Sequence record: DRR378314_656
Direction: 5' to 3' (one strand)
Length of the DNA stretch: 64,000 nt
Below, piece after piece: positions 11,035-21,128 of the stretch. The position numbers were made by a program, and so were the translations under genes. The notes beneath the pieces were generated by a model. It saw only the letters and a list, made by a program, of their open reading frames with translations, was not told where the DNA came from and did not search any database. Numbering within the stretch: the first letter of the stretch is position 1; each line of letters begins with the position of its first letter.

Positions 11035-12128
11035 TTCTCGTTGCCGAAATAATTTGTAGCCAATGTCGCAGCCAGACCGATCATGTTCTCGTAGCCGACT
11101 GTGTTGTTGTTCAGGATGACGATTACGCCATCCTCATCCGGGACCAGCATGATCAAGCTGAGATATCCGATCAGACGTCCATTATAATAGGTGACACTAA
11201 CGCTCTGTTCTTCAGAGACGGGGAGCTCCGCAACGGTCCAGGCCATTGGCGTGTCGGTATGGAACGCTTCTGCTTCCGCCGCCTCCGAATAGATCTTGCC
11301 ATCGATGACAGCGTGTCCCCATGTGTTCAGGTCGTCCGCAGTGGATACCATGGAGGCAGTGCCGCGAAACAGAACCGGGTTCACGACGGGGATAATTTCG
11401 TAAGTGCCGTCACTATGCTTGAGGTAGTTTACGGCAAGTCCGTCTGGATCCTGATAGAGTTGACCGGTTGCCGTCATGCCGAGCGGATCCAGGATCTGCT
11501 TCTGCAGACTGGCCTCGTAGTCCATGCCCGAATAGCGATCAATGATGAGCGCCAACAAGAAGTAATTGACGTTGGAGTACAGATAATCGCTGCCGGGTGT
11601 GAACTTCAGATCCAGCCCTTCGACTGCTTTCATGAAGGACTTGTCTGTGAAGGCGCGCTTCACATCATTGTCGAACCAGCCGGGTATGTCGATGTAGTGT
11701 GGAATGCCAGACCGGTTTTGCAGCAGGTGGCGGACCGTGACCTTGTCAGCGTAGGGCGCGTCAAAGTCCGGCAGCAATTCAGCCAGCGTCTGATCTAAAC
11801 CGAGCTTGCCCTCGTCAACCAGCGTCAGAACCAGCGCCGCCGTGAAGCTCTTTGTCATGGAGGCGATGGGAAAACGGGTTTCCAAAGTGATATCTGTGGT
11901 GTCTTCTATCGAAGACGTATTTACAGCTTCACGCAGCAGGGTGTCGTCACCCTTGCTGACGATGAGCGTGCCAGAGAAGGAGAGCTCCTCCAATAGCGTG
12001 GAGAGTTCGCTCGAGTCGGCAAACTCGACGCCGTGCGTAGTGGCGTGCGTGTCTGGCGCAGGGAGTTCGGCGGTGCAGCCGGACGCCAGCAGGGCTGCGG
12101 CGATTGTCGCGATCAGTCTGTGTTTCAT
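11031..12128 (-). CDS. Serine hydrolase, beta-lactamase/AmpC-like lipoprotein
   Basis: SxxK (ASMTKSF), YSN motif, lipobox LASGC; start set at MKHRLIAT. Confidence 0.85.
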   Translation of the reverse strand: MKHRLIATIAAALLASGCTAELPAPDTHATTHGVEFADSSELSTLLEELSFSGTLIVSKGDDTLLREAVNTSSIEDTTDITLETRFPIASMTKSFTAALVLTLVDEGKLGLDQTLAELLPDFDAPYADKVTVRHLLQNRSGIPHYIDIPGWFDNDVKRAFTDKSFMKAVEGLDLKFTPGSDYLYSNVNYFLLALIIDRYSGMDYEASLQKQILDPLGMTATGQLYQDPDGLAVNYLKHSDGTYEIIPVVNPVLFRGTASMVSTADDLNTWGHAVIDGKIYSEAAEAEAFHTDTPMAWTVAELPVSEEQSVSVTYYNGRLIGYLSLIMLVPDEDGVIVILNNNTVGYENMIGLAATLATNYFGNEN

Positions 12129-12276
12129 GACGGTTGCAACTAGGGAATGCTCGCGGCCTAGTCCAGCCCCTGGCGTTCGGATTGCCGCTGTTTGCCGGTG
12201 GGGGCATTGAGGGCCGGGGGCCGATCCTCGGATATGGAGCAACTAACCACATTTGAGAACCGGCCCCTGGGGCGGC

Positions 12277-13017
12277 TTAAACTTGTGCGAGGCCGCCATC
12301 CACGAAGACTTCGCCGCCCGTCATGTAGCTGCTGTCCTCCGACGCCAGGAAGGCGGCAACAGCAGCCGTTTCTGTCGGATAGCCCAGCCGGCCAAGGGGG
12401 CTGGAGGCACCAATCTGGTTCATGGCATCGGCCCCGATGTCACGCATGACAGTTTCGGTTTCGGTTCCGCCGGGCACGAGGACGTTGACGCGAATGCCGG
12501 ATCCCCGAAGATCCTGTGCCCAACTGCGAGCGAAATTCCGAATAGCGGCTTTCGACGCACTGTAGACACTGAAGGCTGGGGTTCCCATCACGCCGGTGGT
12601 CGACCCTGTCAGGATGATTGAGCTGCCAGCTTTCAAGAGCGGTAGCGCTTTCTGAACCGTGAACAGCGTTCCTTTCACATTGACGCCGAAGGTGAGGTCG
12701 AACTGTTCCGGCGTGATATCGCCCAGCGCCGCCAGATCGCCCAGCCCGGCATTCGCAAACAGAATATCAATCTGGCCGTGCTCCTTCTCGACCTGAGCAT
12801 AAAGATGATCGAGATCCTCCTGCCGGGTAACGTCGCCGGGGATGGCACGTGCATTGGGCCCCAATTGCTGAACTGCGTTCTCAAGCACGTCTATCCGACG
12901 TCCGAAAAGGTAAACGATTGCGCCGTCATCTATGAAGCGCTTTGCCGTGGCGAGTCCGATGCCGGACCCTCCGCCCGTAATGACTGCGACTTTTCCTTCA
13001 AGCTTTCCCATGTCCAA
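12277..13017 (-). CDS. SDR family oxidoreductase
   Basis: TGGGSGIG, NAG, YSASK, VDGG. Confidence 0.92.
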   Translation of the reverse strand: MDMGKLEGKVAVITGGGSGIGLATAKRFIDDGAIVYLFGRRIDVLENAVQQLGPNARAIPGDVTRQEDLDHLYAQVEKEHGQIDILFANAGLGDLAALGDITPEQFDLTFGVNVKGTLFTVQKALPLLKAGSSIILTGSTTGVMGTPAFSVYSASKAAIRNFARSWAQDLRGSGIRVNVLVPGGTETETVMRDIGADAMNQIGASSPLGRLGYPTETAAVAAFLASEDSSYMTGGEVFVDGGLAQV

Positions 13018-13120
13018 TCTCCTTTTCCGCGTTGGAGATGGCTAGCTGGGGAGCAGCTTACTTTTGGACAAGTATGCACTATTTGGTAAGTATCAAAGAA
13101 ACTTCGGGAGGCAGTACTCG

Positions 13121-13456
13121 ATGAGACCCTTTATTTGCGGACTGGACGCTGCACTCCGTCTGATTGGCGGCAAATGGAAACCGCTGATCCTGTTTTTTCT
13201 TGCGCGCCAGCCCATGCGGTATGGCGAACTGAAACGCAGTATCGACGGGGTCAGTGACAAGATGCTGATCCAGCAACTCAAGGAGATGGAACGCCATGGC
13301 ATTGTCAGCCGCACGGACCATGGCGAAGTGCCGCCGCGCGTAGATTATGCCCTGACCGATTTTGGAAGAGGTCTCAGTGCGGCGTTCGTTTCTTTGTGCG
13401 AGTGGGGCGAAGCGCACCAGACCGAGATCACGGAAGCCTTGTTGGAAACAAGCTAG
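13121..13456 (+). CDS. HxlR family winged-helix transcriptional regulator
   Basis: IGGKWKPLIL, PPRVDYALT; divergent from SDR. Confidence 0.9.
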   Translation: MRPFICGLDAALRLIGGKWKPLILFFLARQPMRYGELKRSIDGVSDKMLIQQLKEMERHGIVSRTDHGEVPPRVDYALTDFGRGLSAAFVSLCEWGEAHQTEITEALLETS

Positions 13457-13510
13457 TCTGGCGCTTGTGAAATTGAGACGTCGCAAAGGATGAGCGCGTC
13501 CCGGTGGCGT

Positions 13511-14587
13511 TCAATTCAATCGCCTGCGTTCAATCTTGTCAGATCCCGCTGGCAGCGTGAACATCATTCCGTCTTCGCCCATGATGATCGGCCCGTTATA
13601 GGCTTTGGACGTGCCTTTCAGATAGGCGGGATAAAGTAGGCGGCTCGGCTGGGCGGGCACGATATGGCTGAGTGACAGCATGCGAACATTGGCGGCGTGA
13701 GCGACTTCTGCGGCTTCAACTGGCGTCGTGTGATAGTCCAGAATGTCGTTCATGATCGCCGCCAGCCGCGTCTCTCCATTGGCCGAGAGTTCGTCGCGAA
13801 CCACACTGACCATGTCGGCGTTCAGGGCTTCGTGGATCAGAAGGTCCGTGCTGTTCGCCAGCGTCACCAGACGATCATCTTTCACTGTATCGCCCGAAAT
13901 CGTGACGGATCGACCCCGATAATCAAAGCGGTAGGCAACTGCAGGCTCAATCGGACTGTGATCCACCGAGACGGCTGAGACGGTCAGCCCATCTTTTTCG
14001 TAGACGATTTCCGGTCGGCCTGAAGGCGTGAAGGCGACGGCCTCAGCGCCCTGGCCAGAGGGTGAGATCACTTCGGCGCCATGATGCGCGATCCGATAAG
14101 TCGTATCCTGAGCATAGGCGTGCGTGAATCCAGCGGCGATCCGCTCGACCCCGTTCGGGCCATGCAGCGCCAAAGGTGTCTTGGCGCCGCCTGCTGCCCA
14201 ATGCTGCAGCATAACTTCACCGAGTCCGTCGATATGGTCGGAATGGAAATGCGTCAGGAAGACGGCTTCCACATTGCCCCATGGCAGACGAAGTTCTCCA
14301 AACCGCCGGGCCGAGCCGGAGCCAGCATCTATGATGAAGACGCGGTCACCGGCTGCAACCACAGTCATCGGGCCGACGCGTCCCGGATCCGGCAGGGGAG
14401 AGCCGGTGCCTACCAGAATGGCGCTCAATCCATCAGGTGCATCGGCCAGCGCGCTCTGCCCGAGATTGGCCTTTACGGCTGAACGGAACAGGGCTTCGCC
14501 GATCTGCACGCTGAACAAGGCGCGCGCACCGAGCAGCAAGGCGATCAGAATGCCTGTGCCGATCAGAATGTACTTCACGATTTTCAT
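13511..14587 (-). CDS. MBL-fold metallo-hydrolase (RNase Z/arylsulfatase-like) with N-terminal membrane anchor
   Basis: LVGTGSP, THFHSDHIDG, ISGDT, HEA. Confidence 0.88.
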   Translation of the reverse strand: MKIVKYILIGTGILIALLLGARALFSVQIGEALFRSAVKANLGQSALADAPDGLSAILVGTGSPLPDPGRVGPMTVVAAGDRVFIIDAGSGSARRFGELRLPWGNVEAVFLTHFHSDHIDGLGEVMLQHWAAGGAKTPLALHGPNGVERIAAGFTHAYAQDTTYRIAHHGAEVISPSGQGAEAVAFTPSGRPEIVYEKDGLTVSAVSVDHSPIEPAVAYRFDYRGRSVTISGDTVKDDRLVTLANSTDLLIHEALNADMVSVVRDELSANGETRLAAIMNDILDYHTTPVEAAEVAHAANVRMLSLSHIVPAQPSRLLYPAYLKGTSKAYNGPIIMGEDGMMFTLPAGSDKIERRRLN

Positions 14588-14611
14588 GACCTTTCCTCCC
14601 CATTTGTCATA

Positions 14612-15520
14612 TCAGGCATTGAAGTTCAGCTTCAAGCCCGGCTCTGGCCAACGACATTTCGCCAGCTGTCCGGTGCTGGAGAATGTGACATAGGCATCCT
14701 GCACATCATCGCCGCCAAACGCGATATTGGTGACGATCAGGTCGGGAAAGGCCGTATGGTGATAGTCTCCGCCGGGCGTGATGGTGGTGATGCCACCATT
14801 CAGGATGGTCGCGACACAGACATTTCCTGCGGCGGTCATCGCAAGGCTGTCAAAGTATTGCAGGCCGGGCATCGTGGCCACGACACGGCCGCCATTGAAA
14901 GGCGAAGCAGGCTTGATCACACCAGGACTTTCCAGATCGAAAGCCCACATGCGACCAGTTAGCGTATCGGCCATGTAGACCGTCTGTTCGTCAGGGGAGA
15001 GGCCGACACCGTTGGGGCTTGTATAGTGAAAGTCGAGTTCCTTTGCCTCGCTCGCACCCCTGGCAAGGAAGAACAGGCCGCCAAAATCCCGGTGCCGGGA
15101 ATAGGTCTTGCCGTGATCGGTGAAATAGAGATTCCCAGCCTTGTCGAAGACAAGATCGTTCGGGCCCTTCAGCTTGTGGCCATCGACCGTGTCGAGCACG
15201 CGCTCGACCTTGCCGGTGGACAGATCGATCCGCTCGATCCGACCGCCATCATAATCATCCGGGCAATTGCCGGGGATGAGAAGCCCGTCCATTTCGGTGT
15301 AGATGAAGCCGCCATTGTTGCAGACCCAAAGCGCACCATCCGGCCCGATGGCCAGCCCGTTCGGGCCGCCCCCGGTGTGCGCGATGATCTCTGTCCTGCC
15401 GTCTCCCCAGCAGCGGGTGACGCATTTCTTCTCGATTTCAACGACGATGACGCTGCCATCCGCCATGACAACCGGACCTTCCGGAAAGCGCAGGCCGGTG
15501 GTGATGATCTCGAATTCCAT
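14612..15520 (-). CDS. SMP-30/gluconolactonase family protein
   Basis: GLRFPEGP, GPNG, PNDL repeats; start MEFEII after GGAGG. Confidence 0.88.
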   Translation of the reverse strand: MEFEIITTGLRFPEGPVVMADGSVIVVEIEKKCVTRCWGDGRTEIIAHTGGGPNGLAIGPDGALWVCNNGGFIYTEMDGLLIPGNCPDDYDGGRIERIDLSTGKVERVLDTVDGHKLKGPNDLVFDKAGNLYFTDHGKTYSRHRDFGGLFFLARGASEAKELDFHYTSPNGVGLSPDEQTVYMADTLTGRMWAFDLESPGVIKPASPFNGGRVVATMPGLQYFDSLAMTAAGNVCVATILNGGITTITPGGDYHHTAFPDLIVTNIAFGGDDVQDAYVTFSSTGQLAKCRWPEPGLKLNFNA

Positions 15521-15589
15521 TGGCTGTTTCCTCCTCGCCATTTTTTGGGAGAAGGTTAGGCGTCTGATTTTCGAAGAACAATGATTGTC

Positions 15590-16126
15590 CTAGCGGGAAG
15601 TGAAAACGCTTACCCGGTCGAGCTGGCGGATCTTGAAGGCGAAATCATTGCCATTGCCGGCGTCATACTGCTCGGCGCTGGTCTCCCGCCAGTCATTGGC
15701 ATCGAGTTCCGGGAAATAGGCATCGCCGTCTGGTTCTGCATCGACTTCAGTCAGGTAGATGCGGTCGGCCAACGGCAGGGCGAGCTTGTAGATGGCTTCC
15801 CCGCCAATCACGAAGACCTTGTCGGCATCTGTACGGGCAGCGACTGCGCGCGCGGAATTGGTGGCGGCGGCAAAGCTGGAATACACGCGGGCGCCATCGG
15901 CATTGTAGGCCCAATCGCGCGTCATCACGATATTCTCGCGGCCTTTCAGCGGGCGCACAGGCAGGCTTTCCCATGTCTTGCGGCCCATGATGATCGGACA
16001 GCCCAGCGTCGCCGTCTTGAAGAACGACAAGTCGCTCTTCAGTTTCCACGGCAAGTCACCTCCGGAGCCGATCACATTGTTACGAGCTCGAGCGGCAATC
16101 AGGCATAGTTTCACATCTGCCGACAT
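15590..16126 (-). CDS. folA: Dihydrofolate reductase
   Basis: NNVIG, LPW, IMGRKTWESL, RPLKGRENIV, VIGG, GDAYFP. Confidence 0.95.
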   Translation of the reverse strand: MSADVKLCLIAARARNNVIGSGGDLPWKLKSDLSFFKTATLGCPIIMGRKTWESLPVRPLKGRENIVMTRDWAYNADGARVYSSFAAATNSARAVAARTDADKVFVIGGEAIYKLALPLADRIYLTEVDAEPDGDAYFPELDANDWRETSAEQYDAGNGNDFAFKIRQLDRVSVFTSR

Positions 16127-16258
16127 ACTGATCGGTTCCAATCTACTTGCATGTAATTTGGCGGCCAGCTCTTGTGACCCCATACGTCTTTGTGACTACA
16201 TGCAGAGCCGAGTTTGTAGGGTGAATGCAACCTTATTTCTTCAGTTTTCAGGCAGGGA

Positions 16259-16954
16259 ATGACAGTTCCGTTGGGGATGGTTTGGATGCAAACGTTTGTA
16301 GGAATTTTAACCAACGGGAACCCTGGTCAAATCGGCTGGGCGTTGCCTGCCATCCTGTTGTCATTATTGGCGATCTGGATGCTGAGAGGACGCGGGTGGG
16401 CGCTGATCTATGTCGCCCTGATTCCCTTCCTGAACTGGTCGTTCGGCATCATTCCGGAGTTCCAGATCATCGAGCCAACAGGTAGCGGCCTGACGGCGCA
16501 GGGGGTCTCGCTACATCCGATGACGATGGTGACCGGCATGGTGTTCGTGATCCGGGATTTCGTACAGCGGGAAATGGGCCACCGCGTGCTGATCGTGATG
16601 GCAATGGCGATTGCCTGGTCATTCTATTATGCGTGGCCGGTCATTGCGCTGGCCAGCGGGATCGCCTTTGCGATTTCTGAAGGCGTGGACTGGCTGCTCT
16701 TCACTTTCACCAAGTATCGCCTCTCCACGCGTATCCTTCTGTCCAGCGCGCTTGCGGCGCCTGTGGATACAACTGTGTTCCTGTATGGCGCGGACCTCGC
16801 CAAGCAGATGGAGTTGGGTATGGATCCCGGAAACTCGCTGCACGTCTGGAACTGGGTCGTGTTCGTGATCGGCAAGATGGTTGGCGCGGTGATCGTCTCG
16901 GCCATCATCCGACGGCGGGAAGATCTGGGAAAGGTCGACCCGGCGGCCGCCTGA
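16259..16954 (+). CDS. VUT-family (putative queuosine-precursor/vitamin uptake) membrane protein
   Basis: Multi-TM; FVIRDFVQR, AFAISEGVDW, APVDTTVF motifs. Confidence 0.65.
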   Translation: MTVPLGMVWMQTFVGILTNGNPGQIGWALPAILLSLLAIWMLRGRGWALIYVALIPFLNWSFGIIPEFQIIEPTGSGLTAQGVSLHPMTMVTGMVFVIRDFVQREMGHRVLIVMAMAIAWSFYYAWPVIALASGIAFAISEGVDWLLFTFTKYRLSTRILLSSALAAPVDTTVFLYGADLAKQMELGMDPGNSLHVWNWVVFVIGKMVGAVIVSAIIRRREDLGKVDPAAA

Positions 16955-17002
16955 CTGCGCTATCCGGTAATCTCCATATTGCATGAGCCGATAGAGTTCG
17001 CA

Positions 17003-17024
17003 TATTTGCGCAAGTATGCAAATA
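17003..17024. promoter_or_regulatory. Inverted-repeat operator candidate upstream of CMD gene
   Basis: TATTTGC-N8-GCAAATA immediately before the AAGGAG RBS. Confidence 0.45.
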
Positions 17025-17035
17025 AGGAGTCGAGC

Positions 17036-17392
17036 ATGGCAGACGGCAAAAAGGACTATGGCGCGATAACGGGCGCGATCAATTCAGGCATTACCGGGCT
17101 TCGCAATACAGGCGCGAAGGAAACGCTCAATCAGTTCAGCGCCATGTCCAAGGCCGCCTTGGCGGATGGCGCGCTGGATACCAAGACCAAGGAACTGATT
17201 GCCTTGGCCATTGGTATCGCGAAACAGTGTGATGGCTGTATCGGCTTTCACACCAAGGCGCTGAAACGGCTTGGCGCAACCGATGAGGAAGTTGCCGAAA
17301 CGCTCGGCATGACGGTTTACATGGGCGGTGGCCCAAGCCTCATGTATGCAGGCGATGCGTGGACAGCCTGGGAGGCGCTGAAAGACGCCTAG
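17036..17392 (+). CDS. Carboxymuconolactone decarboxylase/AhpD-like protein
   Basis: [30 protein letters not shown]. Confidence 0.88.
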   Translation: MADGKKDYGAITGAINSGITGLRNTGAKETLNQFSAMSKAALADGALDTKTKELIALAIGIAKQCDGCIGFHTKALKRLGATDEEVAETLGMTVYMGGGPSLMYAGDAWTAWEALKDA

Positions 17393-18183
17393 ACCGCGAC
17401 CGGCGCCTTGATATGGGCGTGCGGCTCATAGCCCTCGATCGTGAAGTCTGAATATTCCCAGCCAAACAAATCAGTTTTGTCTGGGTTGAGGACAATGCGG
17501 GGCAGGGCGCGAGGGGCGCGCGAGAGCTGCAGCTGTGCCTGTTCCATATGGTTCAGGTACAGGTGCGCGTCGCCGAATGTATGTACGAACTCGCCCGGCT
17601 CCAGTCCGGTTGCGCGCGCCATCATCATGGTCAGCAACGCATAGGAAGCGATGTTGAACGGCACGCCAAGGAACACGTCTGCAGAGCGCTGGTAGAGCTG
17701 GCAGTTCAGTTTGCCGTCCATCACGTTGAACTGGAACAGACAGTGGCAGGGCGGCAGCGCCATCTCATTCACATCGGCCGGGTTCCAGGCCGACACGATC
17801 AGGCGGCGGGAATTCGGATTGGTGCGGATCTCGTCCAGCACCCATTGGATCTGGTCGATCACGCGGCCGTCTGGCGCGGCCCAGCTGCGCCATTGCTTGC
17901 CATAGACCGGACCAAGGTCGCCATTCTCGTCGGCCCACTCATCCCAGATCGAGACCTTGTTGTCCTTCAGGTATTTGATGTTGGTATCGCCCTTCAGGAA
18001 CCAGAGCAGTTCGATGATGATCGAGCGCAGGTGCAGCTTTTTCGTGGTGACCATCGGGAACCCGTCGGACAGATCGAACCGCATCTGGCGGCCAAACACG
18101 GCGCGTGTGCCTGTCCCTGTTCGGTCGGCGCGCTCATGGCCATTGTCCAGAATGTCCTGAAGGAGATCGAGATATTGCTGCAT
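17389..18183 (-). CDS. thyA: Thymidylate synthase
   Basis: [37 protein letters not shown]. Confidence 0.97.
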   Translation of the reverse strand: MQQYLDLLQDILDNGHERADRTGTGTRAVFGRQMRFDLSDGFPMVTTKKLHLRSIIIELLWFLKGDTNIKYLKDNKVSIWDEWADENGDLGPVYGKQWRSWAAPDGRVIDQIQWVLDEIRTNPNSRRLIVSAWNPADVNEMALPPCHCLFQFNVMDGKLNCQLYQRSADVFLGVPFNIASYALLTMMMARATGLEPGEFVHTFGDAHLYLNHMEQAQLQLSRAPRALPRIVLNPDKTDLFGWEYSDFTIEGYEPHAHIKAPVAV

Positions 18184-18408
18184 GTCAGCCTCTGTCGGGA
18201 ATCGGTCTTCGGCGTCCATCGTATCACGAAATGGTCCCCGACAGGCAAGTCGGCGCAGCTTGATTGCCCGGGTTCGCGGGCATGTTCATGGTAAACGCAG
18301 TCTTGTTCTGCAGGGAGCATTTAACGTCTGAACCTGAAGGCACCGGAAATCAGTTCTGCCCACTATCAGCAAAAGGCCACACCGGGCTGGTGACCATGAG
18401 GCTGGGCA

Positions 18409-19950
18409 GTGAAAACCGGGCGTTTCGAGACACTCTTCAATCGCTTCGCGCGCGATGTGCATGGCAATCTGACCATGCTGACGGCGTTCATCCTGACGTC
18501 GTTGATGGTGCTTGTCGGACTGGCAGTCGACCTGGAATTCATTTTTCGCCAGAAAGCCCGCGTGCAATATGCGATGGATTCTGCCGTCCTCGCAGGCGCT
18601 CTTTCCCGTCAGGCGGGCGCAACAAATGCAGAAGTCGTCTCCGATATACGGCAATATGTGTCGCCCCTGATCGACTCGGCAGGGGGTGGAATGAGTTGTA
18701 CGACCGTTTCGGTCACATTCAGCGATGACAGCGAAGACATTCTCGGCCGCATGAGGTGTACTCAGCCGACCTTCCTGTCGAACCTGATCGGGAATGACGA
18801 TATGAGCTTCACCGTCAGCTCAACCTCGACTTTCTCGGTAGGGCGGATCGACGTGTCTTTCGTGTTCGACGTGTCAGGGTCGATGAACAGCAACAATCGG
18901 CTGTCATCTCTGAAGACCGCCGCGATCACGGCGTTCGACGAGTTGCTGCCCGACGATCAGGTAAGAGACGGAACGGTTCGTCTCGGCATCGTCACCTACA
19001 ACAATGCAGTCAATGCGGGGGCCTATTTTGACAAGGTCACCCGCGGCGTGACCATTCCGGCTGACGCCACGAACAGCGGGGGCACCAGCAACTACAATTC
19101 CTATAACAGTGCCCGAATGTACGATCAGGCGACGGGCAAGCGTTTCATGTATTATCAGGACGGAACCTGCACAGAGTCCGATCCTGACGAGTGTGACCAG
19201 CATGGTGACTATGATTGGGATGTGGCGCGCTGGTTCTGGGAAGATTCAACAGCGAGAGACACCTGCGTTTACGAGCGCACCGGAACCTATGCAGACAGCG
19301 ACGCGGCTCCGGGCAGTTTCGCCTGGATTGGGGCGGGCAATCCACGCTGGAACTTCTATGATAGCGACCGCGACAAGTATCGCGGCGAAAACGAGATCGA
19401 GAATGGCGGTGCGAACAGCTCGACCGGCGCGCTGGATTTCTACTACGCCACGTGCCGGGAGTCCGGACCCGTTCCTCTCACGGAAGACAAGGACGCGTTG
19501 AAGGCACATGTTCAGGCCATGACAGCAAATGGCGGCACGGCGGGTCATCTGGGTGTGGCCTGGGGCTGGTATCTGTTGTCGCCGAATTGGCAAAGCGTGT
19601 GGCCGGAAGTTTCAAAACCGTGGGATTATGACGAAGTGAATGTCACCAAGGCGGTCATCCTGATGACGGATGGTGACTTCAACGTGAACCATCCGACTGC
19701 CAGCAAGAATTCGTTCCGCCAGGCGATGGACCTCTGTGATGCGATGAAAGCGGAGCCCGCAAATGTGCAGGTATACACGGTTGGGTTTCAGGTGCCGTCC
19801 TATGTCCAGAAGACATCCGATGGGCGCACGATCATGGAGTATTGCGCGACCAGCCCATCCTTCGCCTTTGATGCCTCGAACGGGGAGGAGCTGAAGGATG
19901 TGTATCGGGAAATTGCTCAGTCGATCTCCGATCTCCGGATCAAGAACTAG
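18409..19950 (+). CDS. TadG/TadE-like pilus-associated protein with vWA domain
   Basis: Prepilin-like N-terminus (RFARDVHGNLTML), GLAVD, DSAVLAGA, MIDAS-like FDVSGSM, LMTDG. Confidence 0.8.
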   Translation: MKTGRFETLFNRFARDVHGNLTMLTAFILTSLMVLVGLAVDLEFIFRQKARVQYAMDSAVLAGALSRQAGATNAEVVSDIRQYVSPLIDSAGGGMSCTTVSVTFSDDSEDILGRMRCTQPTFLSNLIGNDDMSFTVSSTSTFSVGRIDVSFVFDVSGSMNSNNRLSSLKTAAITAFDELLPDDQVRDGTVRLGIVTYNNAVNAGAYFDKVTRGVTIPADATNSGGTSNYNSYNSARMYDQATGKRFMYYQDGTCTESDPDECDQHGDYDWDVARWFWEDSTARDTCVYERTGTYADSDAAPGSFAWIGAGNPRWNFYDSDRDKYRGENEIENGGANSSTGALDFYYATCRESGPVPLTEDKDALKAHVQAMTANGGTAGHLGVAWGWYLLSPNWQSVWPEVSKPWDYDEVNVTKAVILMTDGDFNVNHPTASKNSFRQAMDLCDAMKAEPANVQVYTVGFQVPSYVQKTSDGRTIMEYCATSPSFAFDASNGEELKDVYREIAQSISDLRIKN

Positions 19951-21059
19951 GCGTCACTCACCGCCTGGCCGTCCTCGACGCGCACCTTCTGCGCGCGGTC
20001 GCCAAAGGCTTCGAAGAGGAAGGCTTCCGTGCCAGTCAGCCAGGCCTGACCGCCAAGAGCGGACAATTCATCAAACAGCGCCGCCCGCCGGTCTGCATCG
20101 AGATGCGCCGCTGCTTCGTCGAGCAGGAGCAGGGGAGATGGCCCGGTACCATCCGCGCGAAGCGCTGAGGCCGAGGCGAGGATCAGGCCGATCAGCAACG
20201 CCTTTTGTTGCCCGGTCGACGCATCCTTCGCGGGCGCACCTGTCGGACGGTGGATCACGGTCAGGTCGGACCGGTGTGGGCCATCGATTGTTCTACCGGC
20301 GGCGATGTCGCGGCGACGGGTTGTGCGGAATGTATCGATCAGCGCTTCGAAAATGGATTTGAAATCCTCGCCGCGCAGGGCCGCTTCTTCAGTCTTGCCC
20401 TCAAGGGCGAGGTCAGCCTTCGGGAAATAGCCTTCAGGCCGAGCATTGATGGCGTCTTGCAGCGCTTCGAGAACGTGCGCCCGGTTGATAGCCATTTCGG
20501 CGCCGGCTTCGGCCATACGCGCCTCGATGGCATCAGCCCAGGCCGGGTCCACATGGCCCCGTTCGAGCAGGGCGTTGCGCTCACGCATCGCCTTTTCATA
20601 CCGGCTGGCGGCGGTGCCATGTGTCGGCATATGCGCCATGACCTGCCGATCAAAGAAGCGGCGTCGGTCTGACGTGCTACCCCGGAACACTCCGTCCATC
20701 GCCGGGGTCAGCCAGACGATGCGGACAAGTTCTGCGAGATCTGAAGCCGTGGCGGATGCGCCGTCGATACGAACAGTACGCTTCGTACTTGGGCTGAGCT
20801 CAAGGCCAACGCCGATGCGCTGCTCGTCCGCCAGCATCGCCGAAACTGTCCACCCTGCTGGCGCATCCTTGCGGACCATGTCCTGCAGGGTAGCCGAGCG
20901 CAGGCCGCGACCGGGGCCGAGCTGGCTGACGGCTTCAAGCAGATTGGTCTTGCCTGCGCCGTTCGCGCCATACAGGCAAACATGACGCCCATCCAGCGGC
21001 AGGCTGAGCGACGCATAATTGCGAAAGTCAGTCAGGGTCAGGCGGGTGAGGGCGGTCAT
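19947..21059 (-). CDS. recF: DNA replication/repair protein RecF
   Basis: FRNY, GANGAGKTNLLEA, GPHRSDL, STGQQK, LLLDE. Confidence 0.96.
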   Translation of the reverse strand: MTALTRLTLTDFRNYASLSLPLDGRHVCLYGANGAGKTNLLEAVSQLGPGRGLRSATLQDMVRKDAPAGWTVSAMLADEQRIGVGLELSPSTKRTVRIDGASATASDLAELVRIVWLTPAMDGVFRGSTSDRRRFFDRQVMAHMPTHGTAASRYEKAMRERNALLERGHVDPAWADAIEARMAEAGAEMAINRAHVLEALQDAINARPEGYFPKADLALEGKTEEAALRGEDFKSIFEALIDTFRTTRRRDIAAGRTIDGPHRSDLTVIHRPTGAPAKDASTGQQKALLIGLILASASALRADGTGPSPLLLLDEAAAHLDADRRAALFDELSALGGQAWLTGTEAFLFEAFGDRAQKVRVEDGQAVSDA

Positions 21060-21128
21060 TCAGGCTGTATGGCGTGGCCGGGTGTCAGGAGTCGAGACCG
21101 GCGTGCCGCCGGAAACGCCGTTGTTCCT

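Noticed and set aside
16130-16258. preQ1 riboswitch before the VUT gene
   Set aside because: No recognisable preQ1 aptamer motif or expression platform.
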